A DNA stretch of 64,000 nucleotides from Octopus vulgaris (taxonomy: Eukaryota): contig OX597820.1 of NCBI GenBank assembly GCA_951406725.2, forward strand, positions 7,130,001-7,194,000, read 5' to 3'. This document shows, piece by piece, positions 29,146 through 42,510 of the stretch (its first letter is position 1; each line of letters opens with the position of its first letter). The notes beneath the pieces were generated by a model. That model was not told where the DNA came from and did not search any database. It saw nothing but the letters and a program-made list of their open reading frames with translations. Made by a program: the position numbers and the translations under genes.

Positions 29146-30330
29146 CTGCAGCATACAGTACCATGCTCTCTGTTATTTGCAACGAGTACTTTTCTGATTA
29201 TTCTAGCCGTTCCAAGGAGGCAGAACTTTTGTAACAGTTCTACCGTACACTCCATTCCGATTTCCTTTATATTCTTCTTGATGCCTTCTGATACAGTCCC
29301 CAAGGACCCACCAATAATCGGCAGTGTTCAGATTCTTTATTTTCCATTGCCGGGTTATTTTGTACTGAAGAGAATTGTATACGTCTATTCCTCACTTCCT
29401 TCTAGACAATTCGTGGGCCAAAGGGGGAATGTAACATCAACTAGATAGCACATGTGGTACACTTCGTCCATCACCACGAGGTTATGCTGTAGCCCCCGGT
29501 TTGTTTCGATTGAGAAATCCCACAGGAATTGCAAGTCTCCGACTCCGCCACTCTCCGACTCCGCCACTCTCCGACTCCGCCACTCTCCGACTCCGCCACT
29601 CTCCGCCGTTTCTCCTCATACCATATCTTGCCCCTCTTTAGACCCTGCCTTTTGCTTAGCCTCCAATGCTGCTACTTCATCGTGTCGCCTCGACTTAGAA
29701 TAGTTTTGGGCAAGTCTAAGGTATTCGGTCACGATATGGGCAATGGTTCCGTCCACTCTACAACGGATTTGGCACAGTGCAGACACTCGCTCGTTTCTAA
29801 TGTTGGCCCTTCAGTTTGTGGTCAGAGCTTGGTCTTACGCTACTAGTAGTATAGCGCTCCCAGTCTCTTTTTTTCAGAACTTCATAATTTAGCCAAAACC
29901 ATCTATGTTTTCCAGCAAATTCAGTTGAGGCCGCATGGACTTGGTCGTGTAGTCCCTTGTTGTGTAGAAATTATTCTTGTCCTTTTTGAACTTCTCGTTT
30001 TGGTTTTCCCTTTTTCTCTGCATTCAATACGCCCTCACTCCTAACTGACATTAGCAAGATTTCCTTGCATTGTGATAGCTTTCTCAGTAAGCTCCCAAGT
30101 TCGATATCTACGCAGTCTTCCACACTTACCAGTCATCTTCCTCCATTTTTTTTTTCATGTATAATCCGTCAGTGTTTGCACGTCGATGATGAGCTCCATG
30201 CACTGTTAGAAGCTTTCTTGCCTTGCTGTCCAACTTCTTCAGCTCATCCTCCGTCCACTGCAGAACTCTTGCAACATAACAAGCCACTGCGACTGCACAA
30301 GAGTTTATTGCAGCAAGCGTTGTTGCTACT
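29145..30330 (-). pseudogene. 5'-truncated R4/Dong-clade non-LTR retrotransposon (RT thumb, REL endonuclease), frameshifted
   Basis: AINSCAVAV..WTEDELKKLDSKARKLLTVHGAHHRRANTDGLYM; FLWDFSIETNRGLQHN-LVVMD; LLQKFCLLGTARIIRKVL. Confidence 0.85.
29537..29607 (+). repeat. 16-bp minisatellite (ctccgactccgccact) x4.4
   Basis: Perfect copies inside the retrotransposon remnant. Confidence 0.92.
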
Positions 30331-30332
30331 GC

Positions 30333-30705
30333 TGTTTGTTTGTTGAGCGAAGCGCTCTTCGTCCCTGTAGTGAGAGAAGTCCGAAACATGGTCTTTTGCT
30401 ATTCGTAAGACCCGTAGAAGAGAAAGCAGGTCAACCCCCGACACCGAGAGCATCGACGGATGGATGAATGCGCATCCAGGCTCAGCGGTTGCGTAGGAAG
30501 TCGGGGACAAGAAACAGGAAGGAACAGTGAGAGAAAGTTGGAGTGAAAGAGTACAACAGGGGTCGCCACCACCCCCTGCCGGAGCCTCGTGGAGCCTTAT
30601 GTGTTTTCGCTCAATAAACACACACAACGCCCGGTCTGGGAATCGAAACTGCGATCCTCCGACCCCTAGTCCGCTGCCCTAACCATTGGGCCATTGCGCC
30701 TCCAC
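30333..30705 (-). mobile_element. SINE S3, tail type C
   Basis: S3 head and body, unique 3' half, caaacaaac end. Confidence 0.85.
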
Positions 30706-31075
30706 TTCTGCTGCTGTTGTTGGTGGTGGTGTTACAATGAAGAAATGATATGAGAATAAAGAAAGCTAGAGAGGAAACAATCGTGGATGAATAAGGAAAA
30801 CGAAATAGTTTTCACCATCTCCATTCCGTCATTTAATAGAAACTGGTGGCTGCTAATTATTTTCCACCGAACTTCCTATAAAAAAAAAATAATAAAGTTA
30901 ATTAATTATTGATCTTGTTTTCTTTTTTCGTCTTCCCATTTTTTAACAATAACACATTCTCCATCATTAGATATCTTTCCTATGACTTCTGTATTTCTCC
31001 AATTGTCATTGCAATTCACGTGGAAGCTGCATTTGCTGCAAAAGAAACTGTGAATGTAACAATGTCTGTATGACA

Positions 31076-31191
31076 TTATAATGTAAGACACAGTTTCCGT
31101 TGACTCCAAACAGAGATAATATACCAAATAGTAGCAATACCCAACCAAAGAATTTGTAATACGTAAAAAGCTGGTCCGCTGAAATCTTTAC
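31076..31191 (-). CDS. Candidate terminal coding exon encoding a hydrophobic C-terminus (TM or GPI-signal-like)
   Basis: ...aatgtag|GT AAA...: KDFSGPAFYVLQILWLGIATIWYIISVWSQRKLCLTL*; unique sequence; weak pyrimidine tract. Confidence 0.25.
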
Positions 31192-32287
31192 CTACATTAA
31201 TGCGAACGAACACCATTTTTAAGTAAAATCTGCAATACACGGAAAGTGGTTACTAAAAGTTAATTGATTTATAAAAGATTCTGAAAAAATTAAATTGCAA
31301 TGAACTGGTTTGTCGCCGTGAGGCGTGAGAAATTCTAGGTTTTTTGTTATTTGTTTTTCTTTGAAGAGAAACATGTAAAAGTTGATAGCATGATGGGTAA
31401 ATGAAAAAAACAAACAAACCAACAGAAGTAAAGAAGCAACAGAGTATCCTTTTTGGTATATGTAGGGATGTGGAAGGACATTGTCAGTAGTGTGGGAGAT
31501 GAGCAGTGTGGGAAGAATTATTTGCTTTTAGAATGAGCAAAAGCAACTGAAATAAAGAAGAACCTTCAGATAAATTAAGTTTGGTGTGAATAAGCAGGAC
31601 GAAAAGAGGGAGATGAACAAAAGTATTACAGAATAAATACTTAAATATGAACTCGGATGTATCTGAAGTGAAAGGCATATTGAGAGACCATGTAAGAGAA
31701 GGCACTCTTTCACTCCTCCCCTTCCTCCTCTGACTTGTGTATAAATTCAATCTATTCTCCTCCTCCCTTCTCACTCAGCAACATTCGGTCACCCTTAATG
31801 CATAAGAATGCGTAGCTCTCCACATTCCCCTTAATCAAAAAGACCTACTTTTTCATGCAAACCCTTCCTACATCCGCCCACACAGCTTCTTCCAATCACT
31901 TTTTAGATTTTCCCGTTTCTCGCACTTTTTCAAACCTACAAAGCCAAGATTACACTTCAGTTTTTCAGTCACCTTTCAGGAAGAGACCAGGGTATTGTAC
32001 AAATATCCAAAATATTAGGGTTGTATTTCCAACAACAAAACAACTCATCGTGACACACACACTGAATATTTTTCTTGCTTCACAGATGTAAATTTGCGAT
32101 TTACAACAGCGAAACTCATGCCAATGATGCGTTCGCGTAATTGGCTGACAAACTGCAATTAACATTGAAGTCATGTGGCCCAACCGGCTCATTGACCGGT
32201 GCTGACGAAATTTCGTCCACTGGTTTAGTCTGTACTTGTTTAGCACTTAACGTCTATATCAAGATGATTGCTCAGGCTTATTACCTA

Positions 32288-32510
32288 GTTCTTTACTACC
32301 CACAAGGAGATAAATACAGAGGGGACAAACAAGGACAGACTAACGGATTAAGTCGATTACATCGAGCCCAGTGCATAACTGGTACTTATTTAATCGACCC
32401 CGAAAGGATGAAAGGCAAAGTCGACCTCGGCGGAATTTGAACTCAGAACGTAGCGGCAGACGAAATACGGCTACGTATTTCGCCCGGCGTGCTAACGATT
32501 CTGCCAGCTC
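32288..32510 (-). mobile_element. SINE S1
   Basis: Young-looking copy; TSD-like gctcaggct(t/g)attacc. Confidence 0.9.
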
Positions 32511-32789
32511 AGGCTGATTACCGCCGTGTACAACATTCAAAACAGCATATCCAAGTTAAATAGGATGAGCAAATTAATATACATATGTACACACATAATA
32601 TGTGTGTGTGTGTGTGCGCGCGCGGGAGCATGTGTAGTGCAAGACTGGAATTTATGATATAACAATTAATTCTCTAAAAGCTTGCGTTTGAAAACCACGT
32701 TACATACAAATTCTGATAGATATATGTTAGATATATACGAATATACTCATATATGAAACTGAATATAAATGATTTTGTAAAATTGGTGC

Positions 32790-33200
32790 TAAATTGGTAC
32801 ACAAGACCAGCAATTTCGGTCAAATTTGACCACATCGATCTCAGTGTTCAGTTGGATCTTATTTTATCGACCCCGTAAAGATAAAAGAAAAGATCGGGCT
32901 CGGCGGAATTTCATTTCCGAACATAAAGAAGGACGAAACAATATCTAGCATTTTGCCCGACGAGCAAACGATTCTGTTGGTTCGCCGCATTTATGATTTT
33001 GGAACGTTGCTTTCAAGGCCATCAAATTCTTCGGAGGGAGCAAGCATTGACCACATCGATCTCAGTGTTCAAAGTTGGATCTTATTTTATCGACCCCGTA
33101 AAGGATAAAAAAGCAAAGTTAACCTCGGAGTGTTTACATTCGGGAAGTAAAGACGGACGATATACCGCTAAGCATTTTGTTCGGCGTGCTAACTAGTCTA
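32790..33200 (-). mobile_element. Two diverged tandem S1 copies
   Basis: Both share ttgaccacatcgatctcagtgttca(aa)gttggatcttattttatcgaccccgtaaag. Confidence 0.75.
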
Positions 33201-33219
33201 CTCCTTGATTTTGTAATGT

Positions 33220-33617
33220 TTATTCCTTTATTGCCCAGAGGGGGCTAAACATAGATGGGACAAACAAAGGGATTAAGTCGATTACATCGACCCCAGTGCA
33301 TAACTGGTACTTATTTAGTCGACCCCGAAAAGGATGAAAGGCAAAATCAACCTCGGGGAATTTGAACTCAGAACGTAACGGCAGACGAAATACCTATTTC
33401 TTTATTACCCACAAGGAGATAAACACAGGAGGGACAAGAAGGACAAACAAAGGGATTAAGTCGATTACATCGACCCCAGTGCATAACTGGTACTTATTTA
33501 GTCGACCCCGAAAAGGATGAAAGGCAAAATCAACCTCGGCGGAATTTGAACTCAGAACGTAACGGCAGACGAAATACCGCTAAGCATTTCGTCCGGTGTG
33601 CTAACGATTGTGCCATC
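33220..33617 (-). mobile_element. SINE S1 with internal ~180-bp duplication (dimer)
   Basis: Two near-identical bodies joined at aaagaaatag|gtatttcgtctgcc. Confidence 0.88.
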
Positions 33618-33758
33618 TGAATATTAAAACATGTTACATGTAAGCCACCTACAAGTCATTAGACAAAGGTTGAAAAATATTCAAGTCATATTTTCCCAAG
33701 TATAGCAAAATCTATTTCAACACACGATTCCACACAAGTGTTCCTATTATGACTCGAT

Positions 33759-33993
33759 ACTTTCTTTTTTTACTACTCTAGGCACAAGATCCGAAATTTT
33801 GAGGGAGGAGTCCCGTAGATCACATCGACCCCAGTACGCAACTGGTACTTAATTTATCGACTCCGAAAGGCTGAAGGGTTAGGGTTAGGGCAAAGTCGAC
33901 CTCGGCAGAATTTGAACTCAGAACGTAGACACACACAAAATACCGCTAAGCATATCGCCCGCCGTGCTAACGGTTCTGCCAGCTCGCTGCCTT
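33759..33993 (-). mobile_element. SINE S1 containing a (TTAGGG)2 insert
   Basis: TSD tattatgactcgat at 33745-33758 / 33994-34007. Confidence 0.9.
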
Positions 33994-34416
33994 TATTATG
34001 ACTCGATCTTGCAACACCTGTAGATTCAACGGTAATTAAGAACCGCATGTGCTCATGATAAAACAGACCGTGTTTCACGGCCAGATGGATACAACTAAAT
34101 TTCCTTTAAAAACCAATTGTGTTTTATCAGAAGAAATAATCTGAATCCATTAAGAGTTTTAAACTAAGATGTCGTCTATTTGTTTCTTTAAACTAAATTT
34201 GTTTAATGACTGATAAAATAACACCATTTTGTCGTCTGTTTTCAGCCATTACGGTCAAAATATTATTGCTTCTAAAGATAGCAGCAATTTTCTTATCTTG
34301 CTATTTTTTCTAACATCTCTTCCTGTCCTGCAAAACTAACACTCTGTCTATTTATGTCCCCCTCTCATAATCCTTGCCTTTCTTTCTCTCTACAGCTCTC
34401 CCTCCAAACACTTATG

Positions 34417-34462
<46 letters not shown>

Positions 34463-35329
34463 GTATGTATGTATATGATGTGGGGAGCATTAAGAGAAAC
34501 GGAAATATAAAACAATATAAATAGAGAGAAAGAAAACAGTAAGAAGAAAACAGTATATATATATATATATATACAGAGAGAGAGAGAGAGAGAGGCAGGG
34601 TGAGAGATACAGAGAGAGAAAGAGAGATGCTTTAGAGTCTATCTCTATCTAGGTATATAGGTAAATGGCTCTATCTACCTTTGTAGCTATCTACCAATTT
34701 ATCTTTCATCAATTAGGTAGTTTGATTTTCAATGTGTTCATATTTACATAATAATGACATTTTTCTTCATATTATTCCACTTCGTAATAACCATACTTAC
34801 ACACAGACACTTACTTTCATATATATATATATATATATATTCATACACACACACACGCACACACGAAGAGTGCAGGTGAGGGAGAGAAAGAGAGACAGTA
34901 AGAAGGAGAGATAGAAAAAAATATATATGCTTTATCTATCTATCTATTTATCTATCTATCTCTCTTTTACATACATCCCCAATTACTATAGGCATCTATG
35001 TACCTACGCATTTATGTACCTACGCATCTATGTACATATATATGCGCGTGTTTGTACGGAAACGGCCAGAATTCTGCACAATTCTTCCCATAGTCGACGC
35101 CTGTTTGCTTTATGCATCTTTCTGCTCATAATTATTTTTGTAGTCATCTTCAGAAGATATTTTATTATTCCTTAACCCATCTTGCATTAAAATTGATATT
35201 GTTCTTCAACTAAATATCACAGCTTGCAGTTTTAAGCACGCTAAATCACATCTATATCAGTCTTAACCACAAATATATCAAACACTTTACAAAGCAAAAC
35301 CATTTTATTTAGTTTACAATAGAGTGGCC

Positions 35330-35850
35330 GTTTATATTAGTAGTTAGTAGGATAACCTTTGGCTTTGATTCTCTCAACAATTCTTCATGACATGCAAGCG
35401 ATATGATTCTTCAACACTTCAGGATTCATGATTTTCTCGAAGCCTTCATGATTTCTTCAATTAATTGAGTTCTTTTACTTGATTTATAAACCAGTGCCAT
35501 TCTTGTGAATCTTGACCATAAATTTTTTATCGAGTTAAGATAGTGAATGTTTGTAGAACTCGTATTTTATGTTCTTTTAATAATTCCATTCTGGATTTCA
35601 CTGTGTGACATAAGGTGTCGTTCTACTGAACAATTAATTCTTCGGAATAAAGTAGAAATGCGCCCCCGTTTGTGAGGATTCACTCTATTTCCAAATCAGA
35701 TGGTTATAATTCTCAGTTCTAACTATTATTGATACAAATATTATTCCTGCCAGACATACAGCTCTACATTTATTGAATGAACAGGATAGTTCCATGACAA
35801 TTTGTAATACACTTTGGTAACTAAACGGTGTCCGAAAGTCTTCTGCACAA
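35330..35850 (-). pseudogene. Tc1/mariner transposase C-terminal remnant
   Basis: Reverse translation gives DLNSIKNLWS (SPDLNPIENLWS motif) and CMS*RIVERIKAKGYPTNY* (Tc1 terminal motif). Confidence 0.7.
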
Positions 35851-36591
35851 TTTTACTGCTATCTTTTTGATTCTTTTCCTATAAAAACTATTTTTGTCTC
35901 TCAAAGCAAAAAGAAAGGAACTGAATAAGGATTTTTCTTGACATTCCGCTTTACCTTCATCGTCAAAGTACCTGCACCAAAATTTTCTCTCTAAATCAAT
36001 CTCTAACGCATCTCTAACGCATTTGGACCAGAATACCAAAACCCCGTCAAAGGCTTTTGGACAGTAAAGTTGTTCAATGATTAGAGCTGCTATTTCTAGC
36101 ATGTCGAGTGACGATTGTAGCCTCCCGTGTTTATATATCCCTTATAGATGATTTCTGTTGAAAAGTATCAAGCATAAGGGGACTTAACTCCCTCCTTTTT
36201 CTTTATCGACGTCAGTATCACACGTGTAACTTACATTAGGGAGATAACATTATAACTTCTATACGATACAAACCTGACAGAAATAGCAGCCCCCAAATCC
36301 TGAAATCTTGCCTTAGTTAGGGGTCATGAGAAAGGCTACGGGTTGATGGCGTTTGATTACAAGTCTACTTGACCAGATCTAGTCTGAAGTTGAACAATTG
36401 CGAGGGACATTGGTGAAGCCCATATCACGACATCAATTGCGATGGATTGAATGACACGGGAGAAAAATAAAATTTCTGCTTCACGATGTTGAATTATGAT
36501 TATCGATGAAGTCAAATTGTCAATAATAAAGATTTCTAACTTTGTTCGAATGTTATGAATCCTAGCAACAGGCAGCTGATGATTAAAACTA

Positions 36592-36626
<35 letters not shown>

Positions 36627-37251
36627 TAGAAAAAAAAACACCTTTTATCAATTCAAAACGAACAATTAAATTACACCATCTAGAAAATTACATATAATAG
36701 AAATATTAAAATTAAAATAAAAAAATTATATACCGATGATTAAGTAAATTGCAAAATAATAATAAAAACGTATATATTTGGTAGAATAACGTTTTTGTAA
36801 ATGTTACAAGAATAAGATCCATATTAGAAATTTACAGAGTGAATTGCGTCATGGTGCTGTTTTTCTCACAGACGGTGTCCAACTGTTCAGTCGACAAAAT
36901 CAATAAAAATGCGCCTGTGTGAAATTAAGAATATAAAATGTTTGAAATGACAATCTTAACCACTTCGTTTACGCCTGATGTGGACCCCATTAAGTAACTC
37001 TTGCATAGATTACACTGACGCAGGTGGCTTTGCACTTAACTTAGAGGGTACCAATGTCAAGGGTATTTATATAGTCAGAAGGTCAGTTTCTTGAGGACCA
37101 GTACTAGGTCGTCCCTACATGATAACTGATCAATCTCTTATTAATCACCGATCACCTTCCCACTGACAAACACAAAATCCAACGATTTGAGTACATTAAA
37201 CATCATTACAAGGAGTATATGATTATCACTGCCAAGACTGTAGCAGATATC

Positions 37252-37490
37252 TGTTTCTTTACTATCCACAAGGGGCTAAACACAGAGAGGACAAACAAGG
37301 ACAGACAAACGGATTAAGTCGATTACATCGACCCCAGTGCGAAACTGGTACTTTATTTATCGACCCCGAAAGGATAAAAGGCAAGGTCGACCTCGGTGGA
37401 ATTTGAACTCAGAACGTAACGGCAAACGAAATACGGCTACGCATTTCCCCCGGCGTGCTAACGATTCTGCCAGCTCGCTGCCTTCAATAG
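37252..37490 (-). mobile_element. SINE S1
   Basis: TSD tgtagcagatatc at 37239-37251 / 37491-37503. Confidence 0.92.
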
Positions 37491-37559
37491 TGTAGCAGAT
37501 ATCATTGTCAGGAACATATCAAGTATTATCCCGAGTGCTAAGACATATGCGTTTGGTTA

Positions 37560-37777
37560 ACCGGTTTCCTTGGCTTCTAAGTGACCGAGATCCCGTATCA
37601 TTGCTGAACGGGACGCCAGTCTATTGCAGTTATTCATGTACAGCTGAGAAGACAGGAGTAACGTAGAGTGACGTATTTTGTTTAAGACCGCAGCTCACCA
37701 CCCGGTCCGGGAATCGAAACTACAGTCTTATGATTGTGAGTGCAACAAACTAACCACCAGACCACGCTTCCTTCACA
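37560..37777 (-). mobile_element. Diverged tRNA-head SINE
   Basis: Reverse strand gtgaaggaagcgtggtctggtggttag...gtttcgattcccggaccggg. Confidence 0.55.
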
Positions 37778-37809
37778 TTAAATATCGTTCCCAGGAATAT
37801 ATCGGTTAC

Positions 37810-37998
37810 AAGTTTTGGCACAAGGCCAGCAACTTCGGGAAAGGGAGCAGATTGATTACATCGACCCCAGTGCTCAACTGGTACTTATTTTATCGACCTT
37901 ATTCGAAAGGATGAATGGAAAAAGTTGACCTCGGTGGAATTTGAACTCCACTCGCCAACTGACGCAGCGTGCTGTAGATTCGGCCTGTTCACCGCCTC
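37810..37998 (-). mobile_element. SINE S1, diverged
   Basis: attacatcgaccccagtgctcaactggtacttattttatcgacc. Confidence 0.75.
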
Positions 37999-38271
37999 AT
38001 TCTCAGGAATATATCAAACATCATTAACAGAAATAAATGAAATATGTTGTTCGTGGTATATAAAAACGACAATGTCTGGAGTGTTTCAATAATCATGACT
38101 GACAGACGTATTCAGGACCCGAAAGGTTGAGATAGTGGGGAAATCTGTTTGAGGTTTAAGCGTTTTACATTGAAATCACTTCACATTTTGTCAAAATATT
38201 CAGGTTTCACACCTGATTATCTCATGAATAGGACAGTTAATTTTATCTTTAATATACATAGATGTGTGTGT

Positions 38272-38328
<57 letters not shown>

Positions 38329-38342
38329 CGTAATTGTGTGTC

Positions 38343-38426
<84 letters not shown>

Positions 38427-38976
38427 CTGGTGTATTTGTCTCTATGTGTAATAGAAATACGAAGAGAGTGACAGAAAACAATATTAACAGCAATATAAAT
38501 TTCGTATAAATACCATAAATGCAATTATTTATGAAATAAATACATTTTTTCGATCGCCAACAGTAAAAAGAAAGACGTATGAAATAATAAAATAAAACTA
38601 ATTGTTTCCGTGAATATACCAAGCATTTTAATTGAAATTAAAGCGATTTTTTTAAAGAGAACTTCAAGTGAAGACATGTCACTCTGATACATCTATACTA
38701 ACCTGTGGACACCAATGTCACTAGAAAAATATAAAAGAAAAAGGACATCTGTAGACCATTGAAAGGGAGTTTGCAAATCCAGTACCCAAATTACACTTTC
38801 AGCCTCAAACCTATTCTTATTAGAGAAACAGGATACACGCCAACCCATCAACTCCGACACATGAGCACTGTGTGGCTCTCAGGTTTACTCGCTTACCATC
38901 CGACCATGCAACCCAATATCCTTATCGGCAACCCGTCCTCCCCAGAATGTTAGGCCTTGTGCCTATAGTAGAAAGG

Positions 38977-39011
<35 letters not shown>

Positions 39012-39228
39012 AATCGTTATTTCATATCTTATTGTAATTAGTTTAAATATATTCATTTTGTTGTTTTGATTCTTTTCTATTGATGTCGTTATTAATATAT
39101 TAATGTTCATGTTAGAGTTTTGGTTAATATTACTTTTGTTATTGATGTCATTTCTATTATTATCATTACTGCTAGACTCATTATCGTATTAGTAAATTTT
39201 ATACCGATGCCGAAACATCATAAACTGT

Positions 39229-39260
<32 letters not shown>

Positions 39261-39689
39261 TAGTAGTATTTTGTCTGTTGTTTGTTTCTTGTAAGAATAA
39301 TTCGGTACGAACATTTTCCGTCTATCGTCAGGAATTTGTTGCAAGGAAGCATTCTGTAAAGTGTATGAGACAGCACAATTTACCATTAACAAATGACAGG
39401 AAATCATAGACATGCAATAGAGTTGCCAGGGAAATTAACCAGCTTCCATTGTTCCTGGAGTTTATTTACACCGCAAAGAGCGCTTACCAAAAACAACAAC
39501 AGCAGCAATAGGCAAAATGTGAACTCTATGTAGTCGTACTTCCTGCTAAACGAATAGCCATACATACACTGTAAACCACAGCGTAGAGTGTTGCGAAAGG
39601 CCGTACTAGTAGATAATGGAGTCCAGTATACACATCAACCAAACATTCGATGGTTTTAACAGTACAATAATGATTCCTAACGCAAACTA

Positions 39690-41060
39690 TAGTTTAATAT
39701 CAAAAACATTTGTTAATCCTGTTTAAACCTTCTCGGTATCAGATAAACTGAAATATCTTTGTGGATTATATGAAGAGATTTACACTACGCTTTCTAACAA
39801 CACTGTTGCCGAAATGTAAAGGAAAACCGACTAAGGATATCAACAACGAGGTACAAAGGATTAGAATATTTCGATAAGCAGGATATGTATTAGCCTTATC
39901 TCCCATCAGGTCGACTTTATTAATCTAAAATGTAGATTAATGAAACACATGAAGACCGAGATCAGACTCATTAGTAAACATATTTTTTTAAAAATCAGTA
40001 ATTGACAGAATTAGACACGTGAGCAAGCTACGTCAATGAAATAATAGCAAAAAAGGCGGCGAGCTGGCAGAAACGTTAGCACGTCGTGCGAAATGCGTAG
40101 CTGTATTTTGTCTACCGTTACTTTGTGAGTTCAAATTCCGCCGAGATCGACTTTGCCTTTCATGCTTTCGGGGTCGATAAATTAAGTACCAGTTACGCAC
40201 TGGGGTCGATGTAATCGACTTAAACCGTGTGTCTGTCCTTGTTTGTCCCCTCCGTGTTTAGCCCCTTGTGGGTAGTAAAGAAATAGAAATAATAGCAAAA
40301 CCGCAACTAACTGGTTAAATTAGTAATTTAAAAAAATGGTATATGAAGTCAATTTGACATTGTTGATTCTTATCATTGTTCGATAAAACACTAAGCATTA
40401 CGTCACACAACATCTTTAATAACAACTTCACAGAGACATGTCGTTAATACTTGAAAATCTTTACTTGTCGATAAAAACTCTACCAGGGTTTTAAAAATAT
40501 ACGGGTTTTATCGGAACGTTTAATGATAATATAGGATCTTTTGATAACGCAGTGACCTGAGATTATAACGGCCGGTATAGCTTTAATATTGTAAAGAATA
40601 TGTTTATAATTATAGAAGTAAGTCTGTATTGAGATTAAATGTTACAGCTATCACAACACATCAGAGACAAGTCTCTCAACTTTATAGCTATGGGTGTGTT
40701 TGAAGTCAATTCTAGACTTAATATATCTATAAGCATAACTATAAACACTTTTAATGTATTAGATTTTACATTCAGCTTGAGCAGGAATTCGACGGACAGT
40801 CTGCTGCACATGTTTACAACGATGTACTCTCCAATAAAACAGCCGGGGTTACGACGGAGTGGGTCCCAAATAAAGTCCTTCACTCAACGACAGCAACGGT
40901 TGCTCTGCCTTATGGCATTCTACTTAAATTTTACTAAGTCTTTAGTGGAAATGAGTCTTTGGGAGAAGACCAGCCCAAGGTGTTTCTCAGAGAGACTGAA
41001 CTGGAAGGTACACAGACATAACTACACCCATAGAATACGCAACAGCCATGAGACTTAAAA
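39690..41060 (+). pseudogene. Decayed Penelope-like element reverse transcriptase (interrupted by a SINE)
   Basis: SDKLKYLC..YTTLSNN; NLKCRLMKHMKTEIRLISKHI (cf. NPKCRLINPAKSEIGxISKxIL); LNISISITINTFNVLDFTFSL (cf. GLKITI..VNFLDVTFxL). Confidence 0.65.
40053..40285 (+). mobile_element. SINE S1
   Basis: TSD gaaataatagcaaaa at 40038-40052 / 40286-40300. Confidence 0.92.
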
Positions 41061-41179
41061 CTATGCTCCAGTATTTATCCACAATTATTACATAATAAAA
41101 ATACGTATTTGCTCTCAATACATAGTGTTGAGTGTACTTTTATTGGGCAACTGTACTCTTCAGCAAAGGCATCCAGAGT

Positions 41180-42207
41180 TGGTGATACGATAGGAACGAT
41201 GATGCGTGCTTGTGTTGGAAAGGTAGGGGAATGAGCCAGGTTGGGAGCTGAGCTTAGGGAAGAAACTGTGGATCAGGAGTTCACGCAGTTTGTGGGCTCA
41301 TTTGAAGGAGGGAAAAAGTAGGTTGGGGAAGATGTGCAAGGTGGAGGGGTGGGACTGGAGTTGCCGGAAAGCTCGTAGTATGGTGCGTCGAAGGACTATG
41401 ATGGAGGGGTGGTAAGTGAGGGGAAACGGGAGACGGGCAACGACGGGGCGGGCCCGGGGAGAGAAAGCACTCGCAAGGGCTGTGTGAATAGTGGTGAGGG
41501 GATATCCACAAAGGATGAAGTGGTGAGCCATGAGCTGAGACAGAATCTCAGTCATGGTTGTCACTGTAGAGCCTGAGAAGACGGAGGAATTGTGAGTAGG
41601 GATGGAGAGCTTGGTGTAGGTAGGGTGGGAGGAGGAGAAGTTAAGGTATGAGTGTGAGTTAGTGTGTTACTATCGGATCGAGGTAGTGAGAGAGGAATAG
41701 TGTATGTTGACTGAAATGTCGAGAAATGCGACAGAAGTGTTGGAAATGGTGCAAGAGGACTCGAGGCCAGGATAGAAAGATTGGACAAGAGAGAGGAAGG
41801 AATCTAGATGTTCGCGGGAGAGTGATTTCGCACTGATATTGTCTTCAATATAACAAACATATAGTTGTGGAGTGAGACCAGTGAATCGTAAGAATATTTC
41901 GGCTTCAACGTCGCCAACGAGCAGGTTCGCATACTTGGGGTTCATTCTCGTTCTCTTGACCACTCCCGAGAACTGTTGGTAAAAATCCCCCGCGAACGAG
42001 AAGCAGTTGGGAGAAAGAAGAATTTCGGCCAGACGAAGAAGTGTGGAGGTGTTAGGTTGGGGGTAGGGCTGGAGATCTAGGAAGTGTTTGAATGCAAGAA
42101 TTCCTTCGTTGTATGAGGTCACCGTATATAGACTCTTGATAGCAAGAGTGAAGAGAAGTTTAGAGGAGCGAGGAGGGAAGGAGAAAGAGTTGAAGAGACG
42201 GAGAGCA
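41180..42207 (-). pseudogene. Penelope-like element RT and linker region, frameshifted
   Basis: IKSLYT..EGILAFKHFL..TLLRLAEILL..NCFSF..YQQFSGV..TRMNPKYANLLVG..YIED; FLDISV; LMAHHFILCGYP; PLTYHP. Confidence 0.9.
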
Positions 42208-42375
42208 TGGTTACATACACACTCACACACATATGTCTGCCTCTCTGTGTGTGCATTACTTGAAGCTAAGTTACTCACACATTGCTACACGAAGTTTTGC
42301 TGTTCCATTTCGTGAACACAATTACATTAAACGGAAACATGAAACATTAAGCAACATTTTTACGGACGATTCACG

Positions 42376-42479
42376 TATGTATGTATGTATGTATGTATGT
42401 ATGTATGTATGTATGTATGTATGTATGTATGTATGTATATGTATGTATGTTTGTATGTATGTATATGTATGTATGTATG

Positions 42480-42510
<31 letters not shown>

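Noticed and set aside
29537-29607. CRISPR-like regular repeat
   Set aside because: No spacers; eukaryotic minisatellite
36725-36790. ccgatga...aaaacgta hammerhead-like string (similar weak cases near 23835, 38080 and 56316)
   Set aside because: Core mutated and stems not supportable
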